This document shows positions 62,139 to 64,000 of a stretch of DNA of 64,000 bases, piece after piece. The DNA comes from Candidatus Eiseniibacteriota bacterium (GTDB lineage Bacteria; Arandabacterota; Arandabacteria; Arandabacterales; Arandabacteraceae), in contig JBDRNT010000037.1 of NCBI GenBank assembly GCA_043810925.1, positions 1-64,000 of the forward strand, read 5' to 3'. The first letter of the stretch is position 1. Each line of letters begins with the position of its first letter. The notes beneath the pieces are model-generated. The model saw only the letters and a program-made list of their open reading frames with translations, made no database searches and was not told the origin of the DNA. Both the position numbers and the translations under genes were made by a program.

Positions 62139-62167
62139 TTGACTTTGGTCCGGGCAGTGCCTAGTAT
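62139..62167 (+). promoter_or_regulatory. Sigma70 promoter TTGACT-N17-TAGTAT
   Basis: Followed by SD GGAGG 62174-62178 and ATG 62187. Confidence 0.6.
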
Positions 62168-62186
62168 TTCACTGGAGGCCAGGCCC

Positions 62187-63308
62187 ATGTGTGATATGAA
62201 GAGACGTGAATTCCTGCAGGCGGTATCCGTGGGGACATGCGGCCTGCTTGGGGCCTCGGTTGTCCCAAGCGTCGCGCTGGGCGCCGACGAACGGTACCTT
62301 AAGGAAGCACGGTTCTATGAGGCACTGCCGGAAAAGAAGGTTCGTTGCCTCGTCTGCCCGAGGCAATGTGTGGTCGGCGATGGGCAGCGGGGCTACTGCA
62401 GGGTCAGAGAGAACATCGACGGGAAGTACTACTCGCTTGTCTTCGGCAGGGTCTGCGCCTACCACATAGACCCGATAGAGAAGAAACCACTGTTTCACTT
62501 TTTGCCTGGTACGACGGCTTTCTCAGTAGCAGCGGTTGGGTGTAACCTTGCGTGCAAGTTCTGCCAGAACTGGGAGATCTCACAGGCCAAACCGGAGGAT
62601 GTCGAAGCCACGGACCTCCCGCCTGCCAAACTCGCGGATGCAGCAACCAGGTACGGCTCCCCGACAATGGCGTATACCTACACCGAGCCTATCGTCTACT
62701 GTGAGTACGTCATGGCGAGCGCGCGGGAGGGACATGAAAGAGGCATCAGGAGCGTCATGATATCGGCGGGCTACATGAATGGTGAGACGATGCGCGAGCT
62801 GGCCGGTGCGATGGATGCCATAAAGATAGACCTTAAGGCCCACAGTGATGATTTCTATAAGAACATCTGCTCGGCAAGTCTCGCCCCGGTCCTCAAGACC
62901 ATTTCGGGAATAAAGAAGAGCGGCACATGGCTTGAAATAGTAAATCTCATCATCCCTACCCTGAATGACGATGACGAGCAGATAGAGAGCCTCTCCAAGT
63001 GGCTGCTCGACAATGTGGGTGACGAAGTCCCTGTGCATTTCACACGCTTTCACCCGACCTACAAACTCAAGAACCTTCCCCAGACACAGGTCTCATCCGT
63101 GGAGCGGGCCCGCGAAATCGCGATGGCCCAGGGCCTCAAGTATGCTTATGTCGGTAATGTGCCGGCAGGTCATCCGGGTGAGCACACCTATTGCCCGGGA
63201 TGTGGCAAGGCAGTCGTGAAGAGAACGGGTTACGCGGTTCTGTCCATCGACCTCGAAAACGGGAAGTGCTCCGCGTGTGGCACGGTCATCCCCGGTGTAT
63301 GGTCCTAG
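62187..63308 (+). CDS. amrS: AmmeMemoRadiSam system radical SAM enzyme with twin-arginine-like leader
   Basis: CLVCPRQC..G.C.VR, DPIEKKPLFHF, GCNLACKFCQNW, YTYTEP, YVGNV, TYCPGC. Confidence 0.88.
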   Translation: MCDMKRREFLQAVSVGTCGLLGASVVPSVALGADERYLKEARFYEALPEKKVRCLVCPRQCVVGDGQRGYCRVRENIDGKYYSLVFGRVCAYHIDPIEKKPLFHFLPGTTAFSVAAVGCNLACKFCQNWEISQAKPEDVEATDLPPAKLADAATRYGSPTMAYTYTEPIVYCEYVMASAREGHERGIRSVMISAGYMNGETMRELAGAMDAIKIDLKAHSDDFYKNICSASLAPVLKTISGIKKSGTWLEIVNLIIPTLNDDDEQIESLSKWLLDNVGDEVPVHFTRFHPTYKLKNLPQTQVSSVERAREIAMAQGLKYAYVGNVPAGHPGEHTYCPGCGKAVVKRTGYAVLSIDLENGKCSACGTVIPGVWS

Positions 63309-63315
63309 TGCTGCC

Positions 63316-63341
63316 GTAGCGTCGGGTCTCCGAGCCCGACG
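63316..63341 (+). repeat. GTAG-type REP-like palindrome
   Basis: GTAG followed by CGTCGGG-TCTCCGAG-CCCGACG; related copies at 28862 and 28916. Confidence 0.6.
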
Positions 63342-63450
63342 ATGTACATCAAGAAGCCGTCAACTGAATGCCCTTGTTTGATAGTATCAGAAAACATAAG
63401 GAATCACGTCAAGGTGCCTACAGTAATGCTGTTCTTGAAACAGTTCCGAT

Positions 63451-64000
63451 TTACTCCCAGTGAGGAGTTACGTCTGGCAGTCTGATCCATCTAGAACCCA
63501 GTTCGCGCAAGCAACCGAGCATAGTCTGAAGCACCTCAGAATAGTCTCCGGTTAGGCTTTCCATTTCTGAGACTGCTTTCAGTCGTGTCTCGCGAATGGC
63601 TCGTTCTTCATCCTCACTCAGCTTCAGCATGGCGGCAGTCTCTTTTGCGATTTCTGAGTAATCACCTTCGGAGAGCAGAGTCTTATAATCACGCAGCATT
63701 CCAGGAGAGATACTACCTTCTTCCCGGGTGTCCTCTTGGAAGAGGTCAATGAAACACTCAAGTTTGTCAGCGACCATAAGAATCGAGTGACCAGCTTGCT
63801 TCTTGAAATGGCACAAGACAGCGGCCTGTTCTGATGCCCAGTGCATGTCCTTTTCCCTTAGAGCCCCACCCAAACGGTCATTAGTCTCACGACACACGCG
63901 CAGAAGCGAAGTAAGTTCTGAAGATAACCTCAGGAAATCCTTCATGACTTGAACCTGCCGCCCGGAAAGGTGCTCCTCAAGTTCAACAGAACTAAGATCT
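63451..64000 (-). CDS. Hypothetical protein, probably 5'-truncated by the window edge
   Basis: Frame stays open upstream of ATG 63945 to the end of the window; no recognised motif. Confidence 0.55.
   Translation of the reverse strand, partial: DLSSVELEEHLSGRQVQVMKDFLRLSSELTSLLRVCRETNDRLGGALREKDMHWASEQAAVLCHFKKQAGHSILMVADKLECFIDLFQEDTREEGSISPGMLRDYKTLLSEGDYSEIAKETAAMLKLSEDEERAIRETRLKAVSEMESLTGDYSEVLQTMLGCLRELGSRWIRLPDVTPHWE

Overview
A gene-dense, mostly housekeeping window from a GC-rich diderm bacterium. The SprA homologue plus KDO/Lpt genes suggest an FCB-superphylum candidate lineage; this is inference, not a classification. In order it holds rplU-rpmA, a split class I fumarate hydratase, kdsB-pyrG-kdsA-kdsC-kdsD, lpxL-lptC-lptB-rpoN-lipA-hpf-hprK, ptsH-ptsI-pgi/pmi-NTP transferase-metK-ahcY, lptF/lptG, a ~1880-aa SprA-like protein, the rimP-nusA-infB-rbfA-truB-ribF-rpsO-pnp cluster, transporters and a regulator-ODC-homospermidine synthase polyamine module. 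The most interesting region is 57.3-62.1 kb. A small secreted-peptide gene with its own near-consensus sigma70 promoter precedes a TPR-GAF-AAA+-HTH sigma54 activator. Three candidate enhancer repeats and a sigma54 promoter follow, in front of an alternative sigma70-family factor. This looks like an RRNPP-like peptide-sensing cascade wired into sigma54 (hypothesis). Four sigma54 -24/-12 sites are visible: before the lpxL..rpoN operon, sprA, hsp20 and the alternative sigma; the sprA and sigma sites share an identical 15-bp core. Two families of short intergenic palindromic repeats, a motif-divergent KdsA, an atypical HPr and a Cys-rich small protein were also noted. No rRNA, tRNA, CRISPR array or transposase was recognised. 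All calls come from motif recognition by eye; no database searches were run.
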